Positions 8,488-17,470 of a DNA stretch of 42,109 nt are shown piece by piece. Position 1 is the first letter of the stretch, and each line of letters begins with the position of its first letter. The stretch is taken from positions 1 to 42,109 of IMG/VR virus record IMGVR_UViG_2724679238_000007. One strand, given 5' to 3'. The notes below the pieces were generated by a model. The model saw only the letters and a list, made by a program, of their open reading frames with translations. It searched no databases and was not told the DNA's origin. Source of the DNA: a virus. Its lineage: Duplodnaviria > Heunggongvirae > Uroviricota > Caudoviricetes. Made by a program: the position numbers and the translations under genes.

Positions 8488-11400
8488 ACAGCAATAACGT
8501 CATGAGCTACACCACGAGTGTTTCCCTTACAAGACACAGAACGTCTGGCAAAAAGAGGTTCCACTCTGAAGCCACTGTCTTGGTAAAGCTCCCTGATGTT
8601 TGGCGCACCACTATTAGTAATGAGGATCTTTGCACCTCGGCGATGAGCATCCATTAGCAGAGATACCAGGCGTTTTTGCTCTTCAAACTTAAAGTCATGA
8701 CCGGAATAGTTTGTGAACCCCTCTGTATTGGGGAGCGGTTCATACGGAGGATCGCAAAAGATGACATCTCCTTCTCCGGCAGCTTCAATCACCGCTGAAA
8801 AATCACCACATACAAACTCAGAACGCCCTTCAGCACCGAGGAAGGCTTCCATCTCCTGTAATGGGAAATACGGAGTTTTATACTTCCCATAACCAACATT
8901 AAACTCACCGGCCTGGTTGTAACGCGTCAATCCGTTAAAACAATGTCGGTTCAGGAACAAAAACGCTGCTGCACGATGTAAATCATCATAGGCTTGTTTG
9001 TTAAACGAATTCCGTACTGCCAGGTATCCTTCCTGTGTGTTGTAGTCCTGGAAAAACCGATGCGCCAGAGTGATAAGTGAATGTCCCTCACGTTGCAGAG
9101 TCCTGTAAAAGTTAATCAGGTCAGCATTCACATCATTTAGCAGATTTTCTTGATATCCGGCATTTATGAAGACAGCTCCGCCACCAACGAAAGGCTCGAT
9201 CAGGCGCTTTCCGTCAGGTAAATGCCTAAAGATTTGTTCAAGAACACCAAATTTTCCGCCGACCCATTTAAATATGGGACGGTCAAATTCTGCCGTTAGC
9301 TTAACTCTCCGTTCTGTTGCTTCATGATTTTTTGCCTGCTGATATGCAGCCTTAATAATCCGCTCACCAATCCATCGCATTACTGGTATCGCCATGCTAT
9401 TGCCGATCGCTTTGTAACGCGGTCCGTCAGCTGCAAGCATCGCGGCCTCTTCTTCGCTTAAATCTGGATAGTGATTGCGAAGGTATGCCAGTTCATCTGA
9501 AGTAACTTTTTTACGCTTTTCCGTCGGGATCAACGTATGCCCATCAGGAAAACCTTGCAGTCTTTCACATTCGACAGGGGTTAGACGGCGCATACTACCG
9601 TCGCCGAGCAATACAATTGGTGCTTCATGGTTACATGTCAAAGTTGGTGCCGAATTATCGGTTTTTATCTCAGCCCCTCCTTGCCCATGTGCCATGGCTA
9701 TTATGTTTGTATCATCGCAAGATCTGATAGCGATGTTTGAAGTATATCTGGTAGTTTCCTTCCCCTCGCCTCTGCTCGGCGCAATATCCCGACGCACGCC
9801 TTCGAACTCAAAAAGTACCGTTGCGGGATCGAGGTCTGTTCGAGCACTTGCGACAACAAACACGCGTCGGCGTCGTTGTGCCACTCCGAAGTATTGGGCA
9901 TCAAGGATTCTCCAGGCCACCTTTCGCTGCGGTCCATAAATACAACCACACTGCGGCCACTTTGGAGCATGGCAACCGGTTTTGACATCCCACCGCCAGA
10001 ACGCGTTACTTTTTCGTGATTCAGGTCGATCACCTGGTTCGAATGGCGCATCTTCTCCAGCCAATCCGGCAAGGAAACATCCAAAGGCGTTATCTGCCGA
10101 TGACAAGACTCCTGGGACATTTTCCCAGACGATAACGGCTGGTTTGAGAAATGACTCAGCCCGTTTGTCGTCAATTGCATTTGCAAGCTCCACATACTTT
10201 AAAGTTAGCGCGCCACGCTCATCATCAAGCCCACCACGTAATCCCGCGATACTGAATGCCTGACAGTTATGGACCACCGCACCATTGAGGATATAGGAAT
10301 GATCACCTTCGACTTCTATGTTGTATACAGTATCTAGGCCTACCGATTTAAACTCTTTGACTGTTCGTAAAAGCATTCCATGAGCCAATCTTGATTTACG
10401 TGACAATTTCTGCGGGCAGATTGTTACCTGATAATAATTCCGTTGATTTACCACGCGATCCTCGATCACTTTTTTGGGCTCAACTTCAATAAAGCTGACC
10501 GAAGAAACATAACCACAAGTCTGTGACACCCCCGCAACGCCCCAAGCAAGCGCAGGACTAACACTATTAATTCTAAATCCCGCTTTACCACTTGGTGTCC
10601 CATCAGTATCAAGATAGCCTTGTAAAAACACATGACGCAATGGATGCGACATCACCCATGCAGGGATACGCTTAGCATGGCTTAACTCGCCAAAATGTTC
10701 ATTAAGCCAATTGGCATAACACGTATCATTCAAGGTTACTTTGATGCTCCCTCGGATTTCTCTTGCCACGGAAAATATGTTTTCTGGTATGCGACAATGA
10801 AACTTTCTCAATTTCTGGCAATTTATGCCAAAAACAACCGCCTTCTTAGATTTACCTCTCCATCTCCTAATATATCCATCGCCAACATAAGCGCCCGCAA
10901 GATACATAGCCTGTTCTTCAGACAAGAACCGAGAACAAATATCTGGAGATGCAATATTGAAATTAGTTAGAGCGCACCATTGATATCCTGGCATATCACA
11001 TGCTGCTCGCCATTCCGGTTCAGACAACAACTCTCTCTTAAAATATGTGCCATTTTTCCGGGTGTTTTGGGCTTTCCACCGAACAGCTAGGAAGGGATGG
11101 TCATTGGTTGTTCTTATACCTAAAGGCTGCCCAACGGCATTAAGTAACCCCGTATTAGCTATTTTTGAACCAACTCTTTTTACTTGTTGTAACCGCCCGA
11201 GATGACTGACTACGTAATCGCCAGGGCAAACATCTTCTATTGGTTTATAACCATTTTTACAAAGAACCATATGCCCCGCGGTAAAACATGGTGTTCCCCC
11301 GACGAGCACGTCAGGGGATTCGATTTCCCCAGCCAGGACTTTTTTGGCAAGTTTAGTCATGTCGCCAAGGTTGGCGACATGGGGCCAGCGGTGCGCAAGA

Positions 11401-11519
11401 ACGGCAGATGGAAAAGGCTCGATTTCAGCAAACCAAGCCGGACGCATACCCAACGGTTCCCAGGCAATACTCGCAGCTTCTATTCCACTGCAAACAGATC
11501 CATAGCACAGCTCTTTCAC
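8478..11519 (-). CDS. dmt: bifunctional DNA methyltransferase: N-terminal C5-cytosine MTase fused to C-terminal Dam-like N6-adenine MTase, interrupted in-frame by an intein
   Basis: GTG start with GGAGAGG SD, overlapping the hrdC stop. C5-MTase motifs include ENV (VWENVPG), QRRRRVFVV and AIGNSM; the PCQ motif is split as GGTP|intein|CQAFSIAG. Dam-like half has FKWVGGK and DPPY and is alignable to E. coli Dam as recalled. Confidence 0.9.
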   Translation of the reverse strand: MKELCYGSVCSGIEAASIAWEPLGMRPAWFAEIEPFPSAVLAHRWPHVANLGDMTKLAKKVLAGEIESPDVLVGGTPCFTAGHMVLCKNGYKPIEDVCPGDYVVSHLGRLQQVKRVGSKIANTGLLNAVGQPLGIRTTNDHPFLAVRWKAQNTRKNGTYFKRELLSEPEWRAACDMPGYQWCALTNFNIASPDICSRFLSEEQAMYLAGAYVGDGYIRRWRGKSKKAVVFGINCQKLRKFHCRIPENIFSVAREIRGSIKVTLNDTCYANWLNEHFGELSHAKRIPAWVMSHPLRHVFLQGYLDTDGTPSGKAGFRINSVSPALAWGVAGVSQTCGYVSSVSFIEVEPKKVIEDRVVNQRNYYQVTICPQKLSRKSRLAHGMLLRTVKEFKSVGLDTVYNIEVEGDHSYILNGAVVHNCQAFSIAGLRGGLDDERGALTLKYVELANAIDDKRAESFLKPAVIVWENVPGVLSSADNAFGCFLAGLAGEDAPFEPGDRPESRKSNAFWRWDVKTGCHAPKWPQCGCIYGPQRKVAWRILDAQYFGVAQRRRRVFVVASARTDLDPATVLFEFEGVRRDIAPSRGEGKETTRYTSNIAIRSCDDTNIIAMAHGQGGAEIKTDNSAPTLTCNHEAPIVLLGDGSMRRLTPVECERLQGFPDGHTLIPTEKRKKVTSDELAYLRNHYPDLSEEEAAMLAADGPRYKAIGNSMAIPVMRWIGERIIKAAYQQAKNHEATERRVKLTAEFDRPIFKWVGGKFGVLEQIFRHLPDGKRLIEPFVGGGAVFINAGYQENLLNDVNADLINFYRTLQREGHSLITLAHRFFQDYNTQEGYLAVRNSFNKQAYDDLHRAAAFLFLNRHCFNGLTRYNQAGEFNVGYGKYKTPYFPLQEMEAFLGAEGRSEFVCGDFSAVIEAAGEGDVIFCDPPYEPLPNTEGFTNYSGHDFKFEEQKRLVSLLMDAHRRGAKILITNSGAPNIRELYQDSGFRVEPLFARRSVSCKGNTRGVAHDVIAVLL
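10266..11288 (-). mobile_element. intein (341 aa) with Hint splicing blocks and a LAGLIDADG homing-endonuclease domain, inserted at the catalytic Cys of the C5-MTase PCQ motif
   Basis: Begins with Cys ([10 protein letters not shown]...), block B-like TNDHPF, two LAGLIDADG motifs ([12 protein letters not shown] and [11 protein letters not shown]), ends ...ILNGAVVHN followed by +1 Cys; in-silico excision restores [12 protein letters not shown]. Confidence 0.8.
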
Positions 11520-12421
11520 AGCTTAGCCTCTCCACCAAGGGCATTTACCAGAGCATCAACCAGGCACGAAATTTCACTGGTCAACAGGAAGAAATCTGCG
11601 TCCAGTCGCTGCGCAACATCTTCACTATCGATATCAGAGTTCTGCTCAAGCAATTCATCCGCAAATTTGACGCTGGTAAGGCTGAAGTTATGGTCCAGTG
11701 TAAATTTAATGCGGTTCTGCCAGTCGAGTGCCAACTTAGTGACGAGCTTGCCAGCTTCCAGGTGTGTGGAAATTTCATCGCTTCCCAAATCCTGCTTTTT
11801 CACTCGGGCAATACCGCCATCCTCAAGCACTGCCTTAAGTTCTGCCGCATCCCCCATTTGAAATCCCTGTGGAGCACTACCATCACGTACCCAGTCGGTC
11901 AGCGTTAATTCAATGGGATTTTCAACACTTAGGGGAACAACAGGAAGAGAACCCAGAGACTTACGCATAAGTGCGAGCATATCCTCTGCCTGCCGCGCGC
12001 TGGCATTGATATAGATACGTTTAGTTGAACCGTCGTAGATCGCCTGGATAACAGAAAACTTTGAAAAAGCCCGTGGCAGAAGAGAATGCAGAACTTCGTC
12101 TTTCAGGGAGTCCTTCTCTGTTTTCTTCAGTTTACGCGCTTGTTCTTGCTCAAGTTTTTCAATTTTTTCTTGAATAGCTCGCTGGATAACCGGCGGGGGA
12201 AGAATTTTTGTTTCGCGCTTTGCTTCAACAAGGATAAAACCATTTCCATGCATAGCGATAACTTCGGAATTATCACCAAATGGCGATACAAAACCGAACT
12301 TGGCCATATCCTGACTACCGCATGGCGTGAAAAGGATCATTTTCTTTTTATCTTCTAAGTCGGTCAGATCCGCCTCACGAGAAAGTTTATAAATAGTAAT
12401 GTTTTTCCAGTGCTTAAACAT
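11516..12421 (-). CDS. hrdC: recombination-associated protein RdgC homologue
   Basis: 301 aa from the internal ATG ([16 protein letters not shown]...), alignable along its length to E. coli RdgC as recalled ([11 protein letters not shown]..., [25 protein letters not shown]..., [12 protein letters not shown]...). The first 38 codons of the tracked ORF are probably not translated. Confidence 0.85.
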   Translation of the reverse strand: MFKHWKNITIYKLSREADLTDLEDKKKMILFTPCGSQDMAKFGFVSPFGDNSEVIAMHGNGFILVEAKRETKILPPPVIQRAIQEKIEKLEQEQARKLKKTEKDSLKDEVLHSLLPRAFSKFSVIQAIYDGSTKRIYINASARQAEDMLALMRKSLGSLPVVPLSVENPIELTLTDWVRDGSAPQGFQMGDAAELKAVLEDGGIARVKKQDLGSDEISTHLEAGKLVTKLALDWQNRIKFTLDHNFSLTSVKFADELLEQNSDIDSEDVAQRLDADFFLLTSEISCLVDALVNALGGEAKL

Positions 12422-12698
12422 GTTGTAACCCTTGAATATCAACCACAGAAAGCTCGTCTTTGTAGAAAAAGGCCAGGTTGTGGCACCCCCTCGTTTGAGC
12501 GTATGAGCTGGGACCAATTTCGTTCTTCCAGACAAATGGCTTCAAATCCGTACGGCGAAGCATAAAAACGCGATTTGTTCCGCTCTGATTCCCAATGAGG
12601 CAAAAGCCTTCTTTCACCTTGATAGCCTGCAAGTTGTCGAGTTCACCGCTGGTTACACGGCTATCGAACTCCTTGCGGCTTATTAGCTCCATCTGCAT
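12414..12698 (-). CDS. hypothetical protein (first gene of the C1-controlled operon containing hrdC and dmt)
   Basis: Internal ATG at 12698 has a GGAG SD 7 nt upstream; the longer ORF would start inside the operator/promoter. Confidence 0.4.
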   Translation of the reverse strand: MQMELISRKEFDSRVTSGELDNLQAIKVKEGFCLIGNQSGTNRVFMLRRTDLKPFVWKNEIGPSSYAQTRGCHNLAFFYKDELSVVDIQGLQHV

Positions 12699-12769
12699 CT
12701 GACGACTCCAAACAAATGCCCATTGAAGGACGATGGCTGAATGGTACCGAAAACACGACATAAAAAACA

Positions 12770-12786
12770 ATATTTATTAGAGCAAT
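12770..12786. promoter_or_regulatory. C1-repressor operator upstream of the hrdC-dmt operon
   Basis: ATATTTATTAGAGCAAT is a 16/17 reverse match to the C1 consensus. Confidence 0.65.
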
Positions 12787-12867
12787 TTTACAATAGATAA
12801 ACGCCATGTAGCCCACAAACAACCTAAGTTAAAATAACGAAAATCAGAGCAAATAATTGGTGATGAC

Positions 12868-13152
12868 GTGGCAAGTATTGCAACAAAAGACAGCATTTGT
12901 TCGGGGCACGGAGGATTCCCATCCAGGCCTCCTGTAGAGAGTGAACCACTACTTAAAGTCAACGGAGTCGAAGTGTTAGTTGATGGTAAGCAATATGCAC
13001 AGCATACCGATGGAAACAGTACGCACGGTGGGCAAGCTATATCAACCCGGGCATGGTTTACCGTCAATGGTAAAGGGATCGTATGCGTTGGTGACCCTGT
13101 TTCATGCGGCTCTACCGTAGCGTCAGGAGACGGCCTGGTTCAGGTAAGTTAG
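12868..13152 (+). CDS. PAAR-like domain protein (candidate spike-tip protein)
   Basis: 94 aa, GTG start; motifs DSICSGHGG, VNGVEVLVDG and VNGKGIVCVGDPVSCGSTVASGDGLV resemble PAAR repeats with Cys/His metal ligands. Confidence 0.45.
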   Translation: MASIATKDSICSGHGGFPSRPPVESEPLLKVNGVEVLVDGKQYAQHTDGNSTHGGQAISTRAWFTVNGKGIVCVGDPVSCGSTVASGDGLVQVS

Positions 13153-13160
13153 GAGACATC

Positions 13161-13949
13161 ATGCTGGAAAAAGACTACCAGTTATCCGCATATAAAAAAT
13201 TGGCCGCCGCCGGTGGGATGAAAACACCTGGTGCCATAACATCGGCACGAAACAGTGCTAACACAGCAAAACTGCTTGCAGAAGAATTGACCGGATTAAT
13301 TCTGGATACAATTGTCTATCCCGACACTATTACCAGCTATGTTTCAACGATCAGAACAACCACAACCGGCTTAACGAACATTGGAGAACTGGCAACTAAG
13401 CACGCGGACCTGTTGGCTGGTTATGCAGATCTGTCAATGCTGCTTCAACTCGATATTGGTTGGGATGTTTACTGCCGTGCTAATGAGCGAGAAGTTTCAG
13501 AACTGCCGATCTCTATTGCCATTGGTGATGTGACTATTACTAAATCGCTTGAGGACGCTGTAAACGCGCTTAATACATCAAGTTTAGTTGCTGCTATGGG
13601 GGAGATTAACAAGACCCTTAACACTGGCTCAGGAAGCTCGTCAGGCTCTAATTCAGGCGGTGGGATTGCCACTCCCCCACCAGCACTAACAGAAAAGCAA
13701 ATTGAAGCTCTGAAAGTAGCAACTGAACAGTTTGGGGTAGTTTTCAACCAAACAACAGCGCCCACAACTGCGTTGCAACAGCAGTATGAACGGGCGAAGG
13801 AAAGCGCAAGCATAGCCATAACTGCTTATAACCGTGCTATTGGTACCGCGCTTGCGGAAGCATCAGCAAATAAGGCCAGCACAGCCAGCGCAGTCGCAGC
13901 TTTAGTTCCTGATTCTGTTCTTGATGAATTAAATAAGGCTGCACAGTAA
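13161..13949 (+). CDS. hypothetical protein (Ser/Thr/Ala-rich)
   Basis: ATG at 13161 preceded by AGGAGA SD; 262 aa; no recognisable motif. Confidence 0.5.
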   Translation: MLEKDYQLSAYKKLAAAGGMKTPGAITSARNSANTAKLLAEELTGLILDTIVYPDTITSYVSTIRTTTTGLTNIGELATKHADLLAGYADLSMLLQLDIGWDVYCRANEREVSELPISIAIGDVTITKSLEDAVNALNTSSLVAAMGEINKTLNTGSGSSSGSNSGGGIATPPPALTEKQIEALKVATEQFGVVFNQTTAPTTALQQQYERAKESASIAITAYNRAIGTALAEASANKASTASAVAALVPDSVLDELNKAAQ

Positions 13950-13987
13950 CAAAGGACTTCACAGATAATTTTCTTCAGGAGGAAGGC

Positions 13988-14410
13988 ATGTCATTCTTTT
14001 CTACGTTAAAAACAGCTTTGTCTTTGAAGGAGAAACTTGCTGCTACTGGTGTTCTTGTTCTGATTTGCGCACTCGCTGGTGCAGGGTTTGCATGGGAGCA
14101 TTATCAGTTAAAGCAAGCCTTAGAGAAAATTGGCAGTCTTGATCAAGCTGTTAAGGAACGAGATAAGTCAATCAGCGAGCTTAATCAGACCATTGAGACT
14201 ATGAACAAAGCAGATCAACATTTTCACAGCCAGGAAGTGAAAAATGAATTAGAACAAGCCAAGTATGCTGACAGGCAAATGGAACGAAAAGCAGAAGTTC
14301 AGAAACAACTGGTTGCGGTGGGTAATGTTCGCCAGCGCATTCCTGCTGACACTCAGCGGTTGCTCCGGGAGTCGATCAGCGAATTTAACTCCGACGCCGA
14401 CAAAGGTTAA
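13988..14410 (+). CDS. i-spanin-like protein (Rz-type: N-terminal transmembrane helix plus coiled-coil periplasmic domain)
   Basis: 140 aa; hydrophobic segment VLVLICALAGAGFAW followed by a charged heptad-like region; overlaps the next lipoprotein gene in another frame. Confidence 0.5.
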   Translation: MSFFSTLKTALSLKEKLAATGVLVLICALAGAGFAWEHYQLKQALEKIGSLDQAVKERDKSISELNQTIETMNKADQHFHSQEVKNELEQAKYADRQMERKAEVQKQLVAVGNVRQRIPADTQRLLRESISEFNSDADKG

Positions 14411-14576
14411 CTACCCTGCCCCAAAAAGTGCATTTATGTGCAGGATGCCTGAGTTTAGCAGTGAATATTTTGATGATCTGCCAGCCTATATCCTCGATAC
14501 AGAAACGATGCTGATGGGGATTAACAGGAAGAATCGCAACGTCAATGATTACAACCGCGCTATCAGCGGTAACTAA
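14325..14576 (+). CDS. o-spanin-like outer-membrane lipoprotein (Rz1-type), overlapping the i-spanin gene
   Basis: Lipobox LTLSGC; start inside the preceding gene in the +1 frame with a GGTGGG SD; Pro-rich mature region. An alternative start at 14265 is possible. Confidence 0.5.
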   Translation: MFASAFLLTLSGCSGSRSANLTPTPTKVNYPAPKSAFMCRMPEFSSEYFDDLPAYILDTETMLMGINRKNRNVNDYNRAISGN

Positions 14577-14587
14577 AAGGGATTTTT

Positions 14588-14980
14588 ATGTCTGATAAAG
14601 TAACAGTAAAGCAAACTATCAACAAAGCGACTTCGATCTACAAAATTGAACGAATCACTGTTGGTAAGCCAGGGTCTGAACAGTTCCGTCATGCCTTCGA
14701 ACTTGCTGATCAGCTGGGTTTAAAGCACCCGGATTGTATTGAGCATGTATTCCCAACTTATACTGATGCGGAATGCACTCAAGTGCTTACTGAAGAGGAT
14801 TTCTTTAGCACTGAAGAACGAGAAAATGTCGAGCGTTGCATAGGTGTGATTTGCTCTTCGGTGAGCAGTGAGTTATTCCCTGATGTTCCAGAATCTTGTG
14901 GTATTGGATACCAATTCTTGTATGAGGGCGATGAGCTTAAATGTTATGAACATGGTCTTCTTATCGAAAGCGTAGAATAA
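14588..14980 (+). CDS. hypothetical protein (Cys-rich, acidic)
   Basis: 130-aa ORF with AAGGGA SD; followed by a terminator hairpin. Confidence 0.5.
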   Translation: MSDKVTVKQTINKATSIYKIERITVGKPGSEQFRHAFELADQLGLKHPDCIEHVFPTYTDAECTQVLTEEDFFSTEERENVERCIGVICSSVSSELFPDVPESCGIGYQFLYEGDELKCYEHGLLIESVE

Positions 14981-14994
14981 TACGGCTTCCTTCC

Positions 14995-15020
14995 AACCGG
15001 CTTTGTTGGCCGGTTTATTC
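14995..15020 (+). terminator. intrinsic terminator
   Basis: AACCGGC-tttgttg-GCCGGTT hairpin followed by TATT. Confidence 0.45.
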
Positions 15021-15023
15021 AAC

Positions 15024-15094
15024 TTATCCACAGCATAGATCCAATAAACAGATCCAAAAGAGACCCCTAGAAGATCCAAATAAGATCCCGGATC
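15024..15094. promoter_or_regulatory. plasmid origin core: consensus DnaA box plus a cluster of five GATC (Dam) sites
   Basis: TTATCCACA at 15024-15032; AGATCCA/AGATCCC heptamers and a GATC between 15037 and 15094; lies immediately upstream of the iterons and repA, as in P1 oriR. Confidence 0.65.
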
Positions 15095-15135
15095 GCTGCA
15101 GGCCGCGCCATGTCTGGCCTGAAACGTGATCAACA

Positions 15136-15239
15136 TTGACTATATGCGATTTTATGTTGACTGTACACGATTTATTGTTGACTACACGCGATTTTATGTT
15201 GACTATACGCGATATAAACATTGACTGTACGCGATTTTA
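15136..15239 (+). repeat. five direct 19-bp iterons at 21-22 bp spacing (incC-like), upstream of repA
   Basis: TTGACTATATGCGATTTTA, TTGACTGTACACGATTTAT, TTGACTACACGCGATTTTA, TTGACTATACGCGATATAA, TTGACTGTACGCGATTTTA at 15136, 15157, 15178, 15199, 15221. Confidence 0.8.
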
Positions 15240-15315
15240 AAGCCTGAATATTCACAGCTGTTGATAACAGCCATCCAAATTGACGTCAGGCCGCGCCACA
15301 CATGGAGAAACCACG

Positions 15316-16200
15316 ATGCCGGAAGAAAGTAAAGGCTTCCTTAGCGTTGAAGAAGTTGCAGGAAATACAGGAGAAATCCACAGCCTGAAACCCAATAACA
15401 ACAGCACTATACAACCCATCGCTTTGTTGCGCTTAGGTGTGTTTGTGCCAACCTTAAAATCTACCAATGTGGCACTACGTCGCGGATCGTCAGTTACTAC
15501 AAACACAACGAACGCAACCGAAGAACTATCAAGCCTCAAAATTGTTGAGCAGGAAGGCTATGAGGGAATTGAAATTCATGGTCCACGCCTGGATATGGAT
15601 ACTGATTTTAAGGTGTGGGTTGGCATAACCTCCGCGTTGTTTGACTATGCACCTGATGATGACGGTATAATTACCCTGCCATTCTCCGAGTTTGCCGATC
15701 GATGCGGCTATCCACGTAAGCGCCTTTCAAAGGCGTTCCGTAAAAGTATTGATGACTCTCTGACACGCATTCAGCAGACAGTTGTCAAATTCCGCTTCCC
15801 GGCGGCAAAAGGTCATCTCAATAACATTAACGTCAACTTGTTGGCATATAGCAGCCTGAATACCGAGCTTGATGTTATCGAGATCCAGCCGCAGAAACAG
15901 CTATCTGAACTTTACTATGTTGACTATAAGCGAATCCTGAAGCTGAAGATGCTGGATAAGCTCGGGCGCAAAGAGACGGCCAAGGTACTGTATACATTCT
16001 TTGAGGCTCTACCCGCCAACCCAGCACCTGTCAGCATTGAGCGCCTTAGAGCAAGGCTTAACCTCAAATCATCCGTTAGCGTGCAAAATAGCGTTATCAG
16101 AAAAGCCATGAAAGATTTGGAAGCTATTGAATATCTTAAATTTTCAGAGATAAAAAACGGCAGGAAAATCGGCTTCCAGATCCATAAGCGCAATCCATAA
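15316..16200 (+). CDS. repA: iteron-binding plasmid replication initiator RepA
   Basis: ATG at 15316 with GGAGAAA SD; 294 aa; conserved blocks (ALLRLGVFVP, GPRLDMDTDFKVW, LPFSEFADRCGYPRKRL, C-terminal HKRNP) match the P1/RepFIB RepA family as recalled; flanked by iterons on both sides. Confidence 0.8.
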   Translation: MPEESKGFLSVEEVAGNTGEIHSLKPNNNSTIQPIALLRLGVFVPTLKSTNVALRRGSSVTTNTTNATEELSSLKIVEQEGYEGIEIHGPRLDMDTDFKVWVGITSALFDYAPDDDGIITLPFSEFADRCGYPRKRLSKAFRKSIDDSLTRIQQTVVKFRFPAAKGHLNNINVNLLAYSSLNTELDVIEIQPQKQLSELYYVDYKRILKLKMLDKLGRKETAKVLYTFFEALPANPAPVSIERLRARLNLKSSVSVQNSVIRKAMKDLEAIEYLKFSEIKNGRKIGFQIHKRNP

Positions 16201-16202
16201 TA

Positions 16203-16458
16203 TTGACTATATGCGATAGCGAGAAGTTGACTATAGGCGACATTCGTTGACGCTGGTGGATTTTTGCTGGCGTCAATATTCTGTAAGTCGCTATTGAGAT
16301 GGATTTTAGGGTCATTTCATCGCGTATAGTCAACGTTTCTCCCGACAATATCTTACATAGTCGATCTTTGGTGGAGTTAAATCGACTACAGTCAACTTTT
16401 GACTGTGGTCATATCGCGCATAGTCAACTATTCACATTAACCTTCGCGCATAGTCAAC
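16203..16458. repeat. iteron array downstream of repA (incA-like), about 8 copies in both orientations
   Basis: TTGACTATATGCGAT (16203), TTGACTATAGGCGAC (16227), and inverted copies such as CGCGTATAGTCAA (16321), ATCGACTACAGTCAA (16381), ATCGCGCATAGTCAA (about 16414), CGCGCATAGTCAA (16446). Confidence 0.7.
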
Positions 16459-16492
16459 ATTTGCGCGGTTCTCATCAAGCAGTGGTATTGAT

Positions 16493-17302
16493 ATGCAAGA
16501 AGAGAAACAACACTACCTCTACGTTCTGGTGCCGGAGAACGGAGATACTTTTAAAATCGGCATTTCATGTGGTCCATTGGCACGGTTTAAAGGGCTACAA
16601 GTGAGTCCCGATTTTGCGCTTTCACGGGTCTATCGTGGTACGCGTTTGGCAATGGTTAATCTTGAGCGGGCTTTACACGCAACCTTTTTCCCCTGGAATG
16701 CGCCGTGGGAGAAAAGCGCCGGTGGCGGGCATACTGAATGGTTTACACGAGAGTGTCTTGATAAGGTTTTGGCTCATATCGAATATCTAAATGATATGTG
16801 GGGAGGGATTCTCGAGCGCATTAAGTCGAATGATTTACTTCAGCGTCCAGTAGATGCTGCTCGCTCTTTCGAAAAAGAACTGGATGTTACTTCTATCGTG
16901 ACTTTCAAAGATGACGCAGGAATGAGGGACGTGGCTTATGTCTCCATATCTGGCTATGACCCGGACGCGATCCGCGCTCAATGTGAATTGCTGAAAGCAA
17001 TGTTTATGCTTCGGACTAAATATCCCTGGGAGACAGGGCGGGTGTGCTTCCCTATGGAAGAGTTAACCGCCACCATTGATTCCCAGCTTTACCACGATAA
17101 TCCAGAGAAGTTTTTTAGCCTTTTAACCGGTAATGGGCTTAACTGTGTGTCCGGGCTGGGGCGAAGTAGAATCCAACATGCCTCGCTCTTCGGTCCCTTC
17201 TTTTACGATCGACACGGGTACTTTGAGGCTGAACTTCCGGCGCTTACGCGTGCTATAGATACTATCGATTTCGAACGATTATTCGCTGCTCTTAGCAAAT
17301 AA
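16493..17302 (+). CDS. T5orf172 (GIY-YIG-like, MUG113) domain protein with a C-terminal domain of unknown function
   Basis: 269 aa; N-terminus YLYVLVPENGDTFKIGIS...RVYRGTR...LERALHATF...GHTEWF matches the T5orf172 pattern as recalled; inserted between the downstream iterons and the par operon. Confidence 0.55.
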   Translation: MQEEKQHYLYVLVPENGDTFKIGISCGPLARFKGLQVSPDFALSRVYRGTRLAMVNLERALHATFFPWNAPWEKSAGGGHTEWFTRECLDKVLAHIEYLNDMWGGILERIKSNDLLQRPVDAARSFEKELDVTSIVTFKDDAGMRDVAYVSISGYDPDAIRAQCELLKAMFMLRTKYPWETGRVCFPMEELTATIDSQLYHDNPEKFFSLLTGNGLNCVSGLGRSRIQHASLFGPFFYDRHGYFEAELPALTRAIDTIDFERLFAALSK

Positions 17303-17309
17303 CACTGAT

Positions 17310-17330
17310 GCCCCTGAACGGGGCTTTTTT
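17310..17330 (+). terminator. intrinsic terminator
   Basis: GCCCC-tgaac-GGGGC hairpin followed by TTTTTTG. Confidence 0.7.
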
Positions 17331-17470
17331 GTGCCCTCCTTGCAACGCTCAATCGTGCAAAATGAACCAAACATGCAGAGAATGCTATGTACAAGCATCT
17401 GCGCATACATTATTATTTTATGTAGCATTTTTAATTAAATTCAAAAATACAGCATAAAGGATGACTTTCG

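Noticed and set aside
15136-16458. Possible CRISPR array (regularly spaced short repeats)
   Set aside because: Repeats are 19 bp with only 2-3 bp between them, occur in both orientations, and flank a Rep initiator gene with a DnaA box and GATC cluster. They are plasmid iterons, not repeat-spacer units.
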